From Chloracidobacterium sp. (GTDB lineage: Bacteria > Acidobacteriota > Blastocatellia > Pyrinomonadales > Pyrinomonadaceae), in NCBI GenBank assembly GCA_016720705.1, contig JADKKB010000002.1:32428-96427 (forward strand): a stretch of 64,000 nt of DNA, given 5' to 3'. A model generated the notes under the pieces. It saw only the letters and a list, made by a program, of their open reading frames with translations. It was not told the origin of the DNA and ran no database searches. Both the position numbers and the translations under genes were made by a program. Positions 1 through 9,400 of the stretch are shown in pieces; within the stretch, counting starts at the first letter, position 1, and each line of letters opens with the position of its first letter.

Positions 1-780
1 AGGTATCTTCCATCCGATCAGAAATGCCGGAAACGGAGCAAGCTTGTCTTCCCATTCACGATAGGTGGACGCGACCTCGGCCGGTTCACTCACGTCCAGA
101 GCAGGCGGCAGCGGTTGCGATGCGATATCGCCGAAATATGTCTCGATCAAACCTTTTGCGATTTCGGGGTCAAACGCACCCGAAAGTGCGATCACTGCGT
201 TATTTGGAGCGTAATATACCCGAAAGAAATCCTGCACGTCCTCGACCGTCGCATCATCCAGATGTTCCATCGAGCCGATCGTCGAGTGCGAATTGGCAAA
301 ATTTTGAAAGATCATTTCATTGATCAGGTCAAATATCTGCCCGTAAGGCTGGTTATCATACCTCAGCCGCTTCTCTTCCTTTACCGCTTCGCGTTGGTTG
401 TCGAGGTTTTCTTGGGTAACCGCAAGCGAGCGCATTCTGTCCGATTCCAGCCACAGAGCGAGCGGCAATTGGCTTGCCGGCAGCGTCTCGTAATAATTCG
501 TACGCTCGCTCGAAGTCGTGCCGTTCATCGTGCCGCCGGCCTTCATCACGTACTGGAAATGTCCCGCCTTGGGCACATTTGCCGAGCCCTGGAACATCAT
601 ATGTTCGAACAGGTGAGCAAAGCCCGTGCGGCCATCGCGTTCGTTCCGCGAACCAACATTGTAATAGACGGCAACTGAAACGACCGGGATCGCATTATCA
701 GGATTTAAGACGACCCGCAGGCCGTTCTGCAGCGTATAATCCTCGATCTCGAGCGAAGTTAATTTGAAAGTCTCTGTCAT
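1..780 (-). CDS. M16 (pitrilysin/insulinase) family zinc peptidase, N-terminal part; the gene runs off the left window edge
   Basis: Absent from the ORF track because it is open to the window edge. Reverse-strand translation from the ATG at 780-778 gives MTETFKLTSLEIEDYTLQNGLRVV...GRTGFAHLFEHMMFQGSANV, which contains the HxxEH zinc motif of M16 peptidases. The listed + strand ORFs here are antisense to it. Confidence 0.85.
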   Translation of the reverse strand, partial: MTETFKLTSLEIEDYTLQNGLRVVLNPDNAIPVVSVAVYYNVGSRNERDGRTGFAHLFEHMMFQGSANVPKAGHFQYVMKAGGTMNGTTSSERTNYYETLPASQLPLALWLESDRMRSLAVTQENLDNQREAVKEEKRLRYDNQPYGQIFDLINEMIFQNFANSHSTIGSMEHLDDATVEDVQDFFRVYYAPNNAVIALSGAFDPEIAKGLIETYFGDIASQPLPPALDVSEPAEVASTYREWEDKLAPFPAFLIGWKIP

Positions 781-1008
781 AAGATTCACTGTTTTTATGA
801 GAACACTTTGACGTCCAAAAATCAACGAACGAAAATTTTCGAAAACACCTCAGTATCCGCACTCCGGGGTGCCGTTCGCATCAGACTCCACTTCGCCGGC
901 GATACTTTAGTACAACTTTTCCTGCCGATCTGAATCTAATAACTATAACCACACGAAATATAAACTTGACCGGCACGATAGTGAGTTGCTTAAGGCATTT
1001 TACGTTGG

Positions 1009-1677
1009 ATGAACTCTAAAACTATGATCTCGGAAATTATACAATCACCTCCACCTAATCGTTTTATCGGACTTATCCCTTCGGTAGTAAAGGCGGCCGA
1101 CGCCAAGCTACCTACGAAATACGGCGAATTTCGCATCGCCGGTTATCGCTCATTGACGAGTGACGAAGAATTCGTCGTTGTTTACAAGGGCGAGCTTCGT
1201 ACAGAGGATGCTCTTCCCGTTCGTATCCACTCGCAGTGTATGACGGGAGATGTCTTTAACTCGGCGAAATGCGATTGCGGCGAACAACTTGATCTGGCAA
1301 TGGAACGCATCGCCCGCGAAGGCCGCGGTGTGATCGTCTATCAGCAGCAGGAAGGCCGCGGCATCGGAATCATAAACAAGATCCGGGCGTATGCTCTTCA
1401 GGACCAAGGCGCCGACACGATCGAGGCCAATGTTCAACTCGGACTCGATATCGATGCCCGGCGCTACGAGCAATGTGTCGAGATCTTACGCGATCTAGGG
1501 CTTCGACGGGTCAAGGCAATGACAAATAACCCCGAAAAGATCCAAGCTATGCGCCAGGGCGGCATCGAAGTCGCGGAACGCGTGGCGACAGAGATCGAAC
1601 CTTCGAAAGACACACAAAAATATCTTAGCGTTAAGAAGTTTCAGATGGGTCACTTGCTCAGTCTCGTGACGTCGTAA
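1009..1677 (+). CDS. ribA: GTP cyclohydrolase II (riboflavin biosynthesis)
   Basis: 222 aa. Carries the [23 protein letters not shown] zinc/Cys motif and the [25 protein letters not shown] block typical of RibA. Confidence 0.9.
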   Translation: MNSKTMISEIIQSPPPNRFIGLIPSVVKAADAKLPTKYGEFRIAGYRSLTSDEEFVVVYKGELRTEDALPVRIHSQCMTGDVFNSAKCDCGEQLDLAMERIAREGRGVIVYQQQEGRGIGIINKIRAYALQDQGADTIEANVQLGLDIDARRYEQCVEILRDLGLRRVKAMTNNPEKIQAMRQGGIEVAERVATEIEPSKDTQKYLSVKKFQMGHLLSLVTS

Positions 1678-1706
1678 GCACGTAACCGCAAGGGTAAGCA
1701 TTCCAG

Positions 1707-1748
1707 GCCGCAGTCGAACACAGCGTTCGGCTGCGGCATTCTCGTTTG
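1707..1748 (+). terminator. Candidate intrinsic terminator after ribA
   Basis: Hairpin gccgcagtcgaac/acagc/gttcggctgcggc with 12 of 13 bp paired, followed by the weak T tract attctcgttt. Confidence 0.4.
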
Positions 1749-1891
1749 ATGGTAGTTTTCGCTCTGACACCAACCGGCGAATATGACCTTGATTATGCAG
1801 AGCTCTATAATTGCGAGGGTGAGAGAGTCACAGTTGCCGGGCCGTCGTATTAGGATATAATTGATAAAAACGCTTAACGCTCACCAAATAT

Positions 1892-2263
1892 ATGAATAAT
1901 CAACATCCAACTGACGCTGAACTTGATCAACAAGTTAAAGAGGAATTTGCCGAAGAAGGCCGTGTCAACGAAGGCTCTCAGGAGCAGCTTTTAGAAAAAC
2001 TCGCAGATTATACGGATCGCTCGCCCAAACTATCCGGCGGCGACATTGACGCTGCCTGGGAAGACTCCGACGTCGGCGAAGAGTCGGTCGGCGGCGGCAA
2101 CCCGACACCCGACCAGAGCGTCGTAGAAGAGTTGGGTGAAGCTATGGGCATCACCTATCAAGACAACGAACCGCTCGGCACCGAAAAAAAACTCGAACGC
2201 CGCGACGAAGACCGCTGGGAACTAAACCCCGCCTCCGCCGAAGACTTCGGGGATAACGAATAG
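1892..2263 (+). CDS. Small acidic hypothetical protein (123 aa)
   Basis: Clean ORF that is very D/E rich, with coding-like composition. No family recognised. Confidence 0.55.
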   Translation: MNNQHPTDAELDQQVKEEFAEEGRVNEGSQEQLLEKLADYTDRSPKLSGGDIDAAWEDSDVGEESVGGGNPTPDQSVVEELGEAMGITYQDNEPLGTEKKLERRDEDRWELNPASAEDFGDNE

Positions 2264-2270
2264 CGGTTGT

Positions 2271-2307
2271 CTGTCAGAACCGGGAGCCATAGCGACCGGG
2301 TTCTTTT
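2271..2307 (+). repeat. REP-like repeat, copy 1 (ctgtcagaaccgggagccatagcgaccgggttctt)
   Basis: Near-identical copy at 2345-2380 and an inverted copy at 44197-44228. Imperfect palindrome gaacc...ggttc. Lies beside an HUH/Y1 transposase remnant. Confidence 0.75.
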
Positions 2308-2344
2308 CATCCGCTCCGTTCCGGCAAACGCGAACGCCAAACCC

Positions 2345-2380
2345 CTGTCAGAACCGGGAGCCATAGCGACTGGGTTCTTT
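2345..2380 (+). repeat. REP-like repeat, copy 2
   Basis: ctgtcagaaccgggagccatagcgactgggttcttt differs from copy 1 by one base. Confidence 0.75.
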
Positions 2381-2404
2381 CCCTTTCCGCCACGCCCTCG
2401 CCGC

Positions 2405-2749
2405 ATCTTCACGCACCGACCACACGCTCGTTAACACACGATGCATGATCCGCCCGATATCGTCCGTGAGGCGCTCGATCAGCAGATGAATGTGATCGGT
2501 CATCAGGCAGTATGCGTAAAGATAGAATGGCAGCTTTGTCTTCTGTGCAGCGAACAGCGCAACGGACTTCCGATAGTCCTCCGGCGAATGACAAGATGTC
2601 CCTCCGATCCACCCCTCTCGTCGTCACATGATAAAGCCCGCCCTCGACCCCGATCCTCGCTTTCCTCGCAATTTGCTCGATGATACTATCCCAACCAAAT
2701 GAGAACCTCAATCGAGAATCGACAAATTAGCAGGCGTGACCCCGATTGC
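2405..2749 (-). pseudogene. HUH/Y1 (IS200-like, RAYT-type) transposase remnant, N-terminal part, frameshifted and truncated, with its degenerate terminal repeat
   Basis: ORF 2409-2711 gives ARIGVEGGLYHVTTRG. A second reverse frame gives YAYCLMTDHIHLLIERLTDDIGRIMHRV, which contains the HUH motif. Bases 2712-2749 resemble the terminal repeat seen at 14927-14953 (ggggtca..c.tgc.a...tg.cgattc). Confidence 0.7.
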
Positions 2750-3060
2750 TCTTGTTGCCCTTTGATGCGGATCTGCTGCTGAACGTGATCGAACAGGTAT
2801 TCGAAATGGAGAGAGAGAATTTCTTCGGATCCGGAAAGAATAAGCGTATCATTACCGCAAAGGAGGTGTTCATACTGATCGGCAAGGAATCAGGTGCGAC
2901 CATCACCGAGATGTCCGGGATCGTCGGCCTCGACCAGTCAAACGCCGGCCGCCGATTCGACGCCGCGAGACAGAAATGCAAGACCGATCCGGAGTTCGAA
3001 AGCACATGGAAGAAAGTTCAGGAGAAGTACAAACAGAGAATCGCACTATCGCATGTCTGA
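2750..3060 (+). pseudogene. C-terminal remnant of a second RAYT-like gene (DnaA_C-like HTH tail), head-to-head with the previous fragment
   Basis: GKNKRIITAKEVFILIGKESGATITEMSGIVGLDQSNAGRRFDAARQK looks like the DnaA C-terminal-type HTH fused to many Y1 transposase-like proteins. Bases 2833-3060 are nearly identical to 15026-15253. Confidence 0.6.
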
Positions 3061-3145
3061 TGCTATGAAGTGTTGACCTCGCGGGAGTCGAGTTTTTGTG
3101 TAAACTCGAATTCTGACAAAAGAATAACAACCCGCGAGATCAACA

Positions 3146-4209
3146 ATGGCAGTATACATTGGGGTTGACTTTCATCCATATGAGCAGACGCTTGCTTTTG
3201 TGGATGAAGCGGATGGAGAGATCAGATATAAGCGGTTTCTTCATAGCGATAAGGCGGGGATAAAGGCGTTTTACCGCAAGTGCGGAAAGGACGCGGTTAT
3301 TGGAACGGAGGCCACGGGATCGCTGTGGTGGTTTGAGAAGTTGCTCTTTGACAATGGAATGACGCTCAAGATCGGAGACCCTAGGATGATCCGTCGAGCA
3401 GCATTATCGAGACACAAGAACGACCACAGGGATGCGGAGACGATCCTGGATCTATTGATGCAGGACATTTCCGGCGATCACGCCGAGGAACGAGCAGAGC
3501 CGGGAGATGCTCGATCTGCTGAACTATCGTCACTCTTTGGTGAGCAAGCGGACATCGGTGGTGAATCAGCTGCAGGCGTTCGCACGATCGAAGGGCTTGC
3601 CACGGTTCCGTTTGCCGGCGGTAAAGGCGAGAAAGAAGATCGAGGAGGTTGAGACGACACAGGTCGAGCGGCTTCTGGTCAGCTCTCGATTTGTTCTTTG
3701 CGACGAGCTGACACGCCAGATCAAGGCCGTGGAGGCGAGGCTCGAGGAAGAGGCGAATAAGGAAGAGCGTGCTCAATTGCTAATGACATCCCGGGATCGG
3801 GCTGATCAACGCCATGGCACTTATTCACACGCTCGGCGATGTTCGACGCTTTCGCCGTAAGGAAGAGGTCGTGGCATTTGTAGGACTCGACCCGCTCGAG
3901 AAAAGCTCGGGCGAGACGAGGCGGATCGGTTCGATCAGCAAGCGAGGTTCGCGGCTCGCAAGGTACCTGCTCGGGCAGGCAGCCCAGGCAAGTCGCGATA
4001 AGAAGATACGGAAGTTCTATTCCGAGGTTAGCCGTCGTAGAGGCCGCCCGAAAGCAAAAGTTGCAGCGGCCCGTAAGCTTCTGATTAACTGTTATGTCAT
4101 GCTTCGTGATGGCATCAGCTACGAGGAGTTTACACGGCGGGGCGAAGTTGGTTTGTACGAGGGGTCAGGAGAGGTGACGGGGAAACCCGCTCAGTCTCTG
4201 AAGGTCTGA
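3146..4209 (+). pseudogene. IS110-family DEDD transposase with at least two frame-disrupting indels
   Basis: Split over ORFs 3146-3652, 3507-3860 and 3814-4209. Alignment by eye to copies 2 and 3 shows 2-nt losses near 3462 and 3789. The N-terminus MAVYIGVDFHPYEQ and the C-terminal GIGLINAMAL..GLDPLEKSSGE are typical of IS110. Confidence 0.85.
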
Positions 4210-4458
4210 TGGTACGGCCAGCCATCTCGATATAGTTCGAGATGAGCCGATCAGGTTTCATGTAGCCAGCCGCTCGAACGAAGCTGTGCACGAATAGATG
4301 ATGGCATTCGCTAATTACAGCGGTGCGTATCTGAAAGAATCTAACTAATAATGGAGGCGCCGGTTGTTCTCTTTTGTCACCCAATCAAACGCACCAACCG
4401 CATCCAAAAGATGCCACAATACCCGTGCGCTTGACTTGAGTACTTACTTCATAGATGA
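4210..4458 (+). ncRNA. Candidate guide (bridge/seek-type) RNA region in the 3' non-coding tail of the IS
   Basis: A ~250-nt non-coding tail is conserved in all copies (4210-4458, 4889-5138, 15696-15944 reverse). It contains ATAGATGATG (4294-4303), which equals the right end plus left end junction. It also contains GATGAGCCGATC (4241-4252), which resembles right end plus right flank GATGACCCCGATC. No structure was computed. Confidence 0.3.
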
Positions 4459-4471
4459 CCCCGATCGCTTA

Positions 4472-5138
4472 GGGATCGGGCTGATCAACGCCATGGCACT
4501 TATTCACACGCTCGGCGATGTTCGACGCTTTCGCCGTAAGGAAGAGGTCGTGGCATTTGTAGGACTCGACCCGCTCGAGAAAAGCTCGGGCGAGACGAGA
4601 CGGATGGGTTCGATCAGCAAGCACGGTTCACGGCTTGTGCGGCATTTGCTAGGACAAGCCGCTCAAGCGTGCCGTGATAGACGGATCAGACAGTTCTATC
4701 TTGAGGTTAGCCGCCGGAGAGGCCGCCCGAAAGCAAAAGTTGCAGCGGCCCGTAAGCTTCTCATTAACTGTTATGTCATGCTTCGTGACAATATCAGCTA
4801 CGAGGAGTTTACACGGCGGGGCGAAGTTGGTTTGTACGAGGGGTCAGGAGAGGTGACGGGGAAACCCGCTCAGTCTCTGAAAGTCTGATGGTACGGCCAG
4901 CCATTTTCGAGTAGTCGGAAATGAGCCGATTCGGTTTCATGTAGCCAGCCGCTCGAACGAAGCTGTGCACGAATAGATGATGGCATTCGCTAATTACAGC
5001 GGTGCGAGTTTGAAAAGAATCTAACTAATAATGGAGGCGCCGGTTGTTCTCTTTTGTCACCCAATCAAACGCACCAACAGCATCCCAAAGATGCCACAAT
5101 ACCCGTGCGCTTGACTTCAAGGGTTACTTCAAAGATGA
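4472..5138 (+). mobile_element. IS110/IS1111-type element, 5'-truncated fragment (copy 1b: last ~138 codons of the transposase plus the 3' tail)
   Basis: Starts inside the gene at GIGLINAMALIHTLGDVRRF, runs to the stop at 4888, and the tail ends aaagaTGA|ccccc at 5138. ORF 4364-4888 reads through from the copy 1 tail. Confidence 0.8.
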
Positions 5139-5211
5139 CCCCCGATCGACTTTTTTAGATTGGGAGCGTTCCGGGGCATTTCACAGAAAAAGGGAAATAC
5201 GTTGAATGCAC

Positions 5212-5240
5212 TTGACATAATGTCAGGGGGGGGATAGAGT
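5212..5240 (+). promoter_or_regulatory. Candidate sigma-70-type promoter upstream of the FG-GAP/Rhs genes
   Basis: TTGACA (5212-5217), 17-nt spacer, TAGAGT (5235-5240), about 60 nt upstream of the ATG at 5302. Confidence 0.3.
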
Positions 5241-5301
5241 GTCGGTGTCTAAACGAGACACACATATCCCCGGCGCCGCTTAACCACATAAGGAGTGCTG
5301 T

Positions 5302-6465
5302 ATGTCCAGATCCTCACGGCCCGAAGAAGCGAAACAGGCTTCAAACTCTGAAATAAATGCGTCCGCAGATACGGGTATCGTCAAGAGACCGTTTGGTCAA
5401 TGGTGGAAGATCGGCATTATCGCCTTTCTGGCGATCGGCGTTTCGGGTGCTGTTCTGAAATACCTTGACGAGGATGCAAGCAGGCAAAAGCTTATTCCGG
5501 CAAAGGATCGCTCGGCCCTCTCGAGCATCAATCCGTTCATACCGGCACCGACGGCGACACCGACGCCGCAATTGTCGAAAGAGTACATCTACGCGGGCAG
5601 TCGAATGCTTGCGGTGGCCGATGCCAATGCCAACGAGACGCCGCCGGCTGATCTGGCCGTATGGCGGCCTTCGAGCGGTGTCTGGTATGTGTACAATCTG
5701 GTGACGACGGCGTGGACATCCTACACTTGGGGCAACAGTTCGGACATTCCTGTCCAAGGCGACTTTGACGGCGACGGCAAGACGGACTTTGCGATCTATC
5801 GCCCGTCGGACAACAACTGGTGGATCACTACTTCGAGTAACAGTAGTTACTATTCGACAACGTTTGGAGCAAGCGGCGATGTTCCCGTTCCGGCGGACTA
5901 TGACGGCGACGGCAAGACCGACATTGCGGTATTTCGCCCCGGATCGTCGAATGCCAATTGGTACGTCTATCAGTCTTCGACAAGCTCGACCGTGCAGACG
6001 CAATACGGCCTTTCGACCGACAAGCCCGCTCCGGCTGATCTGGACGGCGACGGCAAGGCCGACCTGACGGTCTGGCGTCTGAGCAACACGACCTTTTACA
6101 CACTACGGAGCAGCGACACTACCACCCAATCGGCAGTAATGTCATTCTCAGGTTACACGCTCACCTCGGGCGACAAGGTCGTCTCAGCCGACTTCGACGG
6201 TGACGGCAAGGCCAATTACGCAATCCGCAGCGGATCAAGCTGGCTGATGCTGGATTCGGCGTTCGCCAATATGACGGTCGTCACACCGAGCGGCGACCAA
6301 TCCTCAGACATCCCTGTCCAAAACGACTTCGACGGCGATGGCAAGGTCGATATCGCTGTCTGGCGGGACTGGTACATACGCAAATCGGGATCGTCCAACG
6401 CCCTCCGCGAAGAAGCCTGGGGCACCTCCGGCGATACACCCGTCCCATCACTCTGGAGAAGATAA
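5302..6465 (+). CDS. Membrane-anchored FG-GAP/VCBS-repeat (beta-propeller-like) protein
   Basis: N-terminal TM segment WWKIGIIAFLAIGVSGAVL, then a P/T linker. Five D[FYL]DGDGK[TAV][DN] calcium-loop-like motifs are spaced about 45-50 aa apart. The gene ends 12 nt before the Rhs gene. Confidence 0.85.
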   Translation: MSRSSRPEEAKQASNSEINASADTGIVKRPFGQWWKIGIIAFLAIGVSGAVLKYLDEDASRQKLIPAKDRSALSSINPFIPAPTATPTPQLSKEYIYAGSRMLAVADANANETPPADLAVWRPSSGVWYVYNLVTTAWTSYTWGNSSDIPVQGDFDGDGKTDFAIYRPSDNNWWITTSSNSSYYSTTFGASGDVPVPADYDGDGKTDIAVFRPGSSNANWYVYQSSTSSTVQTQYGLSTDKPAPADLDGDGKADLTVWRLSNTTFYTLRSSDTTTQSAVMSFSGYTLTSGDKVVSADFDGDGKANYAIRSGSSWLMLDSAFANMTVVTPSGDQSSDIPVQNDFDGDGKVDIAVWRDWYIRKSGSSNALREEAWGTSGDTPVPSLWRR

Positions 6466-6477
6466 AGGAGGCTCTCA

Positions 6478-9400
6478 ATGAAAAAACTCACACTCTCAAT
6501 CATCATCCCAATAATTGCGATCCTTCTTCTTGTCTCTACCGGTTTGCCACAAGAGAAGACTGCGATAAGTGTCGATCAATCTCTTAAAAGCAACGGTCGG
6601 GTCAATCCGGTCTCGCTCGCTCTAGAAATGCAGATTCCGCTGGCCGCCTATCCAGGCAGGGGAATGGGCCTCCCTGTCGGTTTAAGCTATTCGTCTAAGC
6701 TCTGGAGGATGTCAAGTCGGATTAGCTATCCGAATTCTCCTAATCCTTCGGGTTGTCATTCTGTTAGCGCGGCGGAATATAGTGAAACTTCGGCATCTGG
6801 GTGGACTTCGACTCTTAGTGTTCCGTACATGGAATATACCGGAGTAGATAATCTATACAATTTTAATGGAGATCCCGCGGGCGATTCAGGTGGATGTGGT
6901 GGATCCGGTGTTGATGCGACTAAAATGGTCAGACGCATTACGATAAATATGCCCGATGGTTCCTCTCATGAACTGAGACCAGATGACACGGTTGTGAATA
7001 TTACCACCTCGCTCGGAGCGGCAGCCTTGGCCTCACTTTACGGAGACACTCATTTTTATTCGACAGACGGCTCAAATCTGATTTATTTCGAAGACACCAC
7101 GCATGGCAAATATATCCTTCTAATGCCGGACGGAAGTAAGATGGAGTTCCAAACAGGCCTTTCCGTATTAGGCTCGGGCACTTCACCTGATAGAACTGTC
7201 AGATACGCAACGACCTTAACGGATAAGACTGAATTGAATGTCATTACTTATCACTTAGGAACGGGATCAGGTACGTACCCGAACGGGTCTATTACGGACA
7301 CATTAGGACGCACGATCCCGATTCCGTTGGCGCGCAAAGCTCCAGCTTCTCCTACCACCGATGAAGCGCCGCAGTCCTATGTAGTACCTGGTTTCGGTGA
7401 AGATACGCTTACCTACAAGCTTCATTGGAAGAAATTACAGGATACAACTGCCGAAGAGAGCGGGCTGACAAACTATTCCGATCAGCTTTGTTATCGTTCG
7501 CCGGGCGACCACTATTCTGGTGCTCCACAGGTTCCGACGGGAGGATGCACGCTTTTTAACAATGGCGACATTGTTCCAAGCTCTTACGTTGTTACTGATA
7601 TCGCCAATGGCGTATTCAATCCGATCGTGTTAACAAAGGTGGAATTGCCCGACGGTCGTTTCTATAAATTTTCGTATGACAAATATGGGCAGATGGACAA
7701 GATCATCTATCCCACAGGTGGAATTGAGACGGTTACTTATGGCACGGTACCGTCACTTGCACCACCAGACGCTTCGTCGCCGTATGACATCACCGCACAG
7801 GCGAACTTGGGCGTTACTACTCGCAGCGTTTACGAATCGAGCGGCGCGACTGCAATTAATTGGACCTATTCCGCTACCGGAGGTTATACAACGCCTATTT
7901 CGTCGTTAACCGGCCTACGGGTTAGGACGATAAATCCCGACAGTACAAAGCACGATCGATTCGTATTTCGGACATTCGGTAATTGCTCGGGATGCAATGA
8001 TCCCGCTAACAACACCTATGCTCTCGGTACTTTTGGATATGACACCGGATTGGCGGGAATGACATACGAAGAGTCGGACTACACATCCGCAACGACCGAC
8101 ACGTTAATTTCTACCACGAAAACTACATGGGAACTTACAGGTTTTACTATTTCAAACGGGACAGCGGCACATGACGCCGACTGGCATCCAAGAGTAAGTA
8201 AGGTCGAGGGAATTGTATATGACGTCGGAACATCATCTGCACTGTCCTCAGCGGTCACAACCGACTATGACGGTTCAAGTGCAAGATCGAGCGCACTTAA
8301 TCCTACGATTACGAAGCAATACGGGTTTAGCACGACGATCGGTTCGCTTGGCAGTCTTGAGAAGTCAGTTGAGACGCAGTACGTTGTCGGCACGACCTAT
8401 GACGCAAAGAACCTTAGGAGTTTGCCGTCCCTAGTGTTGACGCTCGATGCGTCCAATAACATAAAGTCCAAATCGATCATGAACTACGATGAGTCGGGCT
8501 ACGGAGTCTCGGGCAAGATCGGATTTCCGACACGCACGCTCAACTATTACGACATAGCGAGCAATCTGTATGTCGATTCCTGGATAACCTACGATGTGTA
8601 CGGCAACGTAACTGCGATTAAGGATGGCCGGGGTAACGTCTCGACTGTGACCTTTGACAGCACTTATCATACGTATCCGGTTTCGACGACAAGTCCTGTT
8701 CCCGATTCGACTGGCACACACGGTTCGAGTACCGCATTTACTACATCGACGACCTACGATACATCGACCGGTTTACCGACCTCGACGACTGATGTAAACG
8801 GGCAGACAACGACTATGTCGTATGCTGATCCGACCACGTCGATCATCGATCCGTTGCTGCGGCTTCGAAAAGTAACAGAGCCGAACGGCCGACAGACGAT
8901 AACGGAATATGGAGCAGGCACCAGTGCGTCCACGAACTGGGTCAAGGCCAAGTCGCAGATCGATGACACCAAATGGAAGGAAGGGTATAGTTGGTTTGAC
9001 GGGCTTGGACGAACGATTCGGAGCCAATCGGTCGATACCGCGGGCGATGTGTTCGTGATAACCTGCTACGACAATATGGGTAGAGCCGCGAAAGCAACCA
9101 ATCCGTTCCGAGGGTTTACCACTCAGGACTGCTCGACGACAACGGGACTCGATTGGACGACGAATACATTTGACACAGCGGGCCGCCCTTGGAAGGTGAC
9201 GACGCCGGATGGTGCGGTTGTCCAGACAGACTACTCGCTCGCCACATCCGGCAGCGAGATCGGTACGGCAGTTACCGTCACGGATCAAGCCGGAAAGCTT
9301 CGGCGTTCGATAACAAATGGATTGGGCCAGCTTATAAGAGTTGACGAACCGGACGACAGCAGTTCGACGGGAGATTTAGGTGCGATTTCGAGTCCTAATC

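Larger units (their letters stand above)
3061..4458 (+). mobile_element. IS110/IS1111-type insertion sequence, copy 1 (about 1398 bp, transposase disrupted)
   Basis: Ends were deduced by comparing three occupied sites with the empty site at 14927-14957. Left junction is ...atcgcatgtcTGA|tgctatgaagt and right junction is acttcatagaTGA|cccc. Subterminal inverted repeat is ctatgaagt/acttcatag. Confidence 0.8.

Noticed and set aside
24-767. Plus-strand ORFs 24-323, 115-678 and 474-767
   Set aside because: They are antisense to a clearly recognisable M16 peptidase (HxxEH motif) on the minus strand that is open to the window edge. Their composition is Arg/Ser-rich and typical of wrong-frame translation.
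781-1008. FMN (RFN) riboswitch upstream of ribA
   Set aside because: I read the 228-nt leader on both strands. The conserved RFN core (GGGCAGGGTGAAATTCC... / ...AGCCCGCGAGC-type segments) is not visible.
4130-4384. 84-aa ORF on the reverse strand of the IS tail (also 15770-16024)
   Set aside because: It recurs only because the IS tail is repeated. It is antisense, overlaps the transposase 3' end, and has no recognisable domain. The region is better explained as a non-coding or guide-RNA region.
4210-5138. Repeated ~250-bp units that could be mistaken for a repeat array or CRISPR
   Set aside because: They are the 3' tails of two IS copies separated by a transposase fragment. There are no short regular repeat-spacer units anywhere in the window.
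5341-6003. 220-aa and other minus-strand ORFs inside the FG-GAP gene; likewise 8773-9288, 12769-13326 and 13705-14178 inside the Rhs genes
   Set aside because: They are antisense to strongly supported repeat-protein genes, Arg-rich, and show no motifs.
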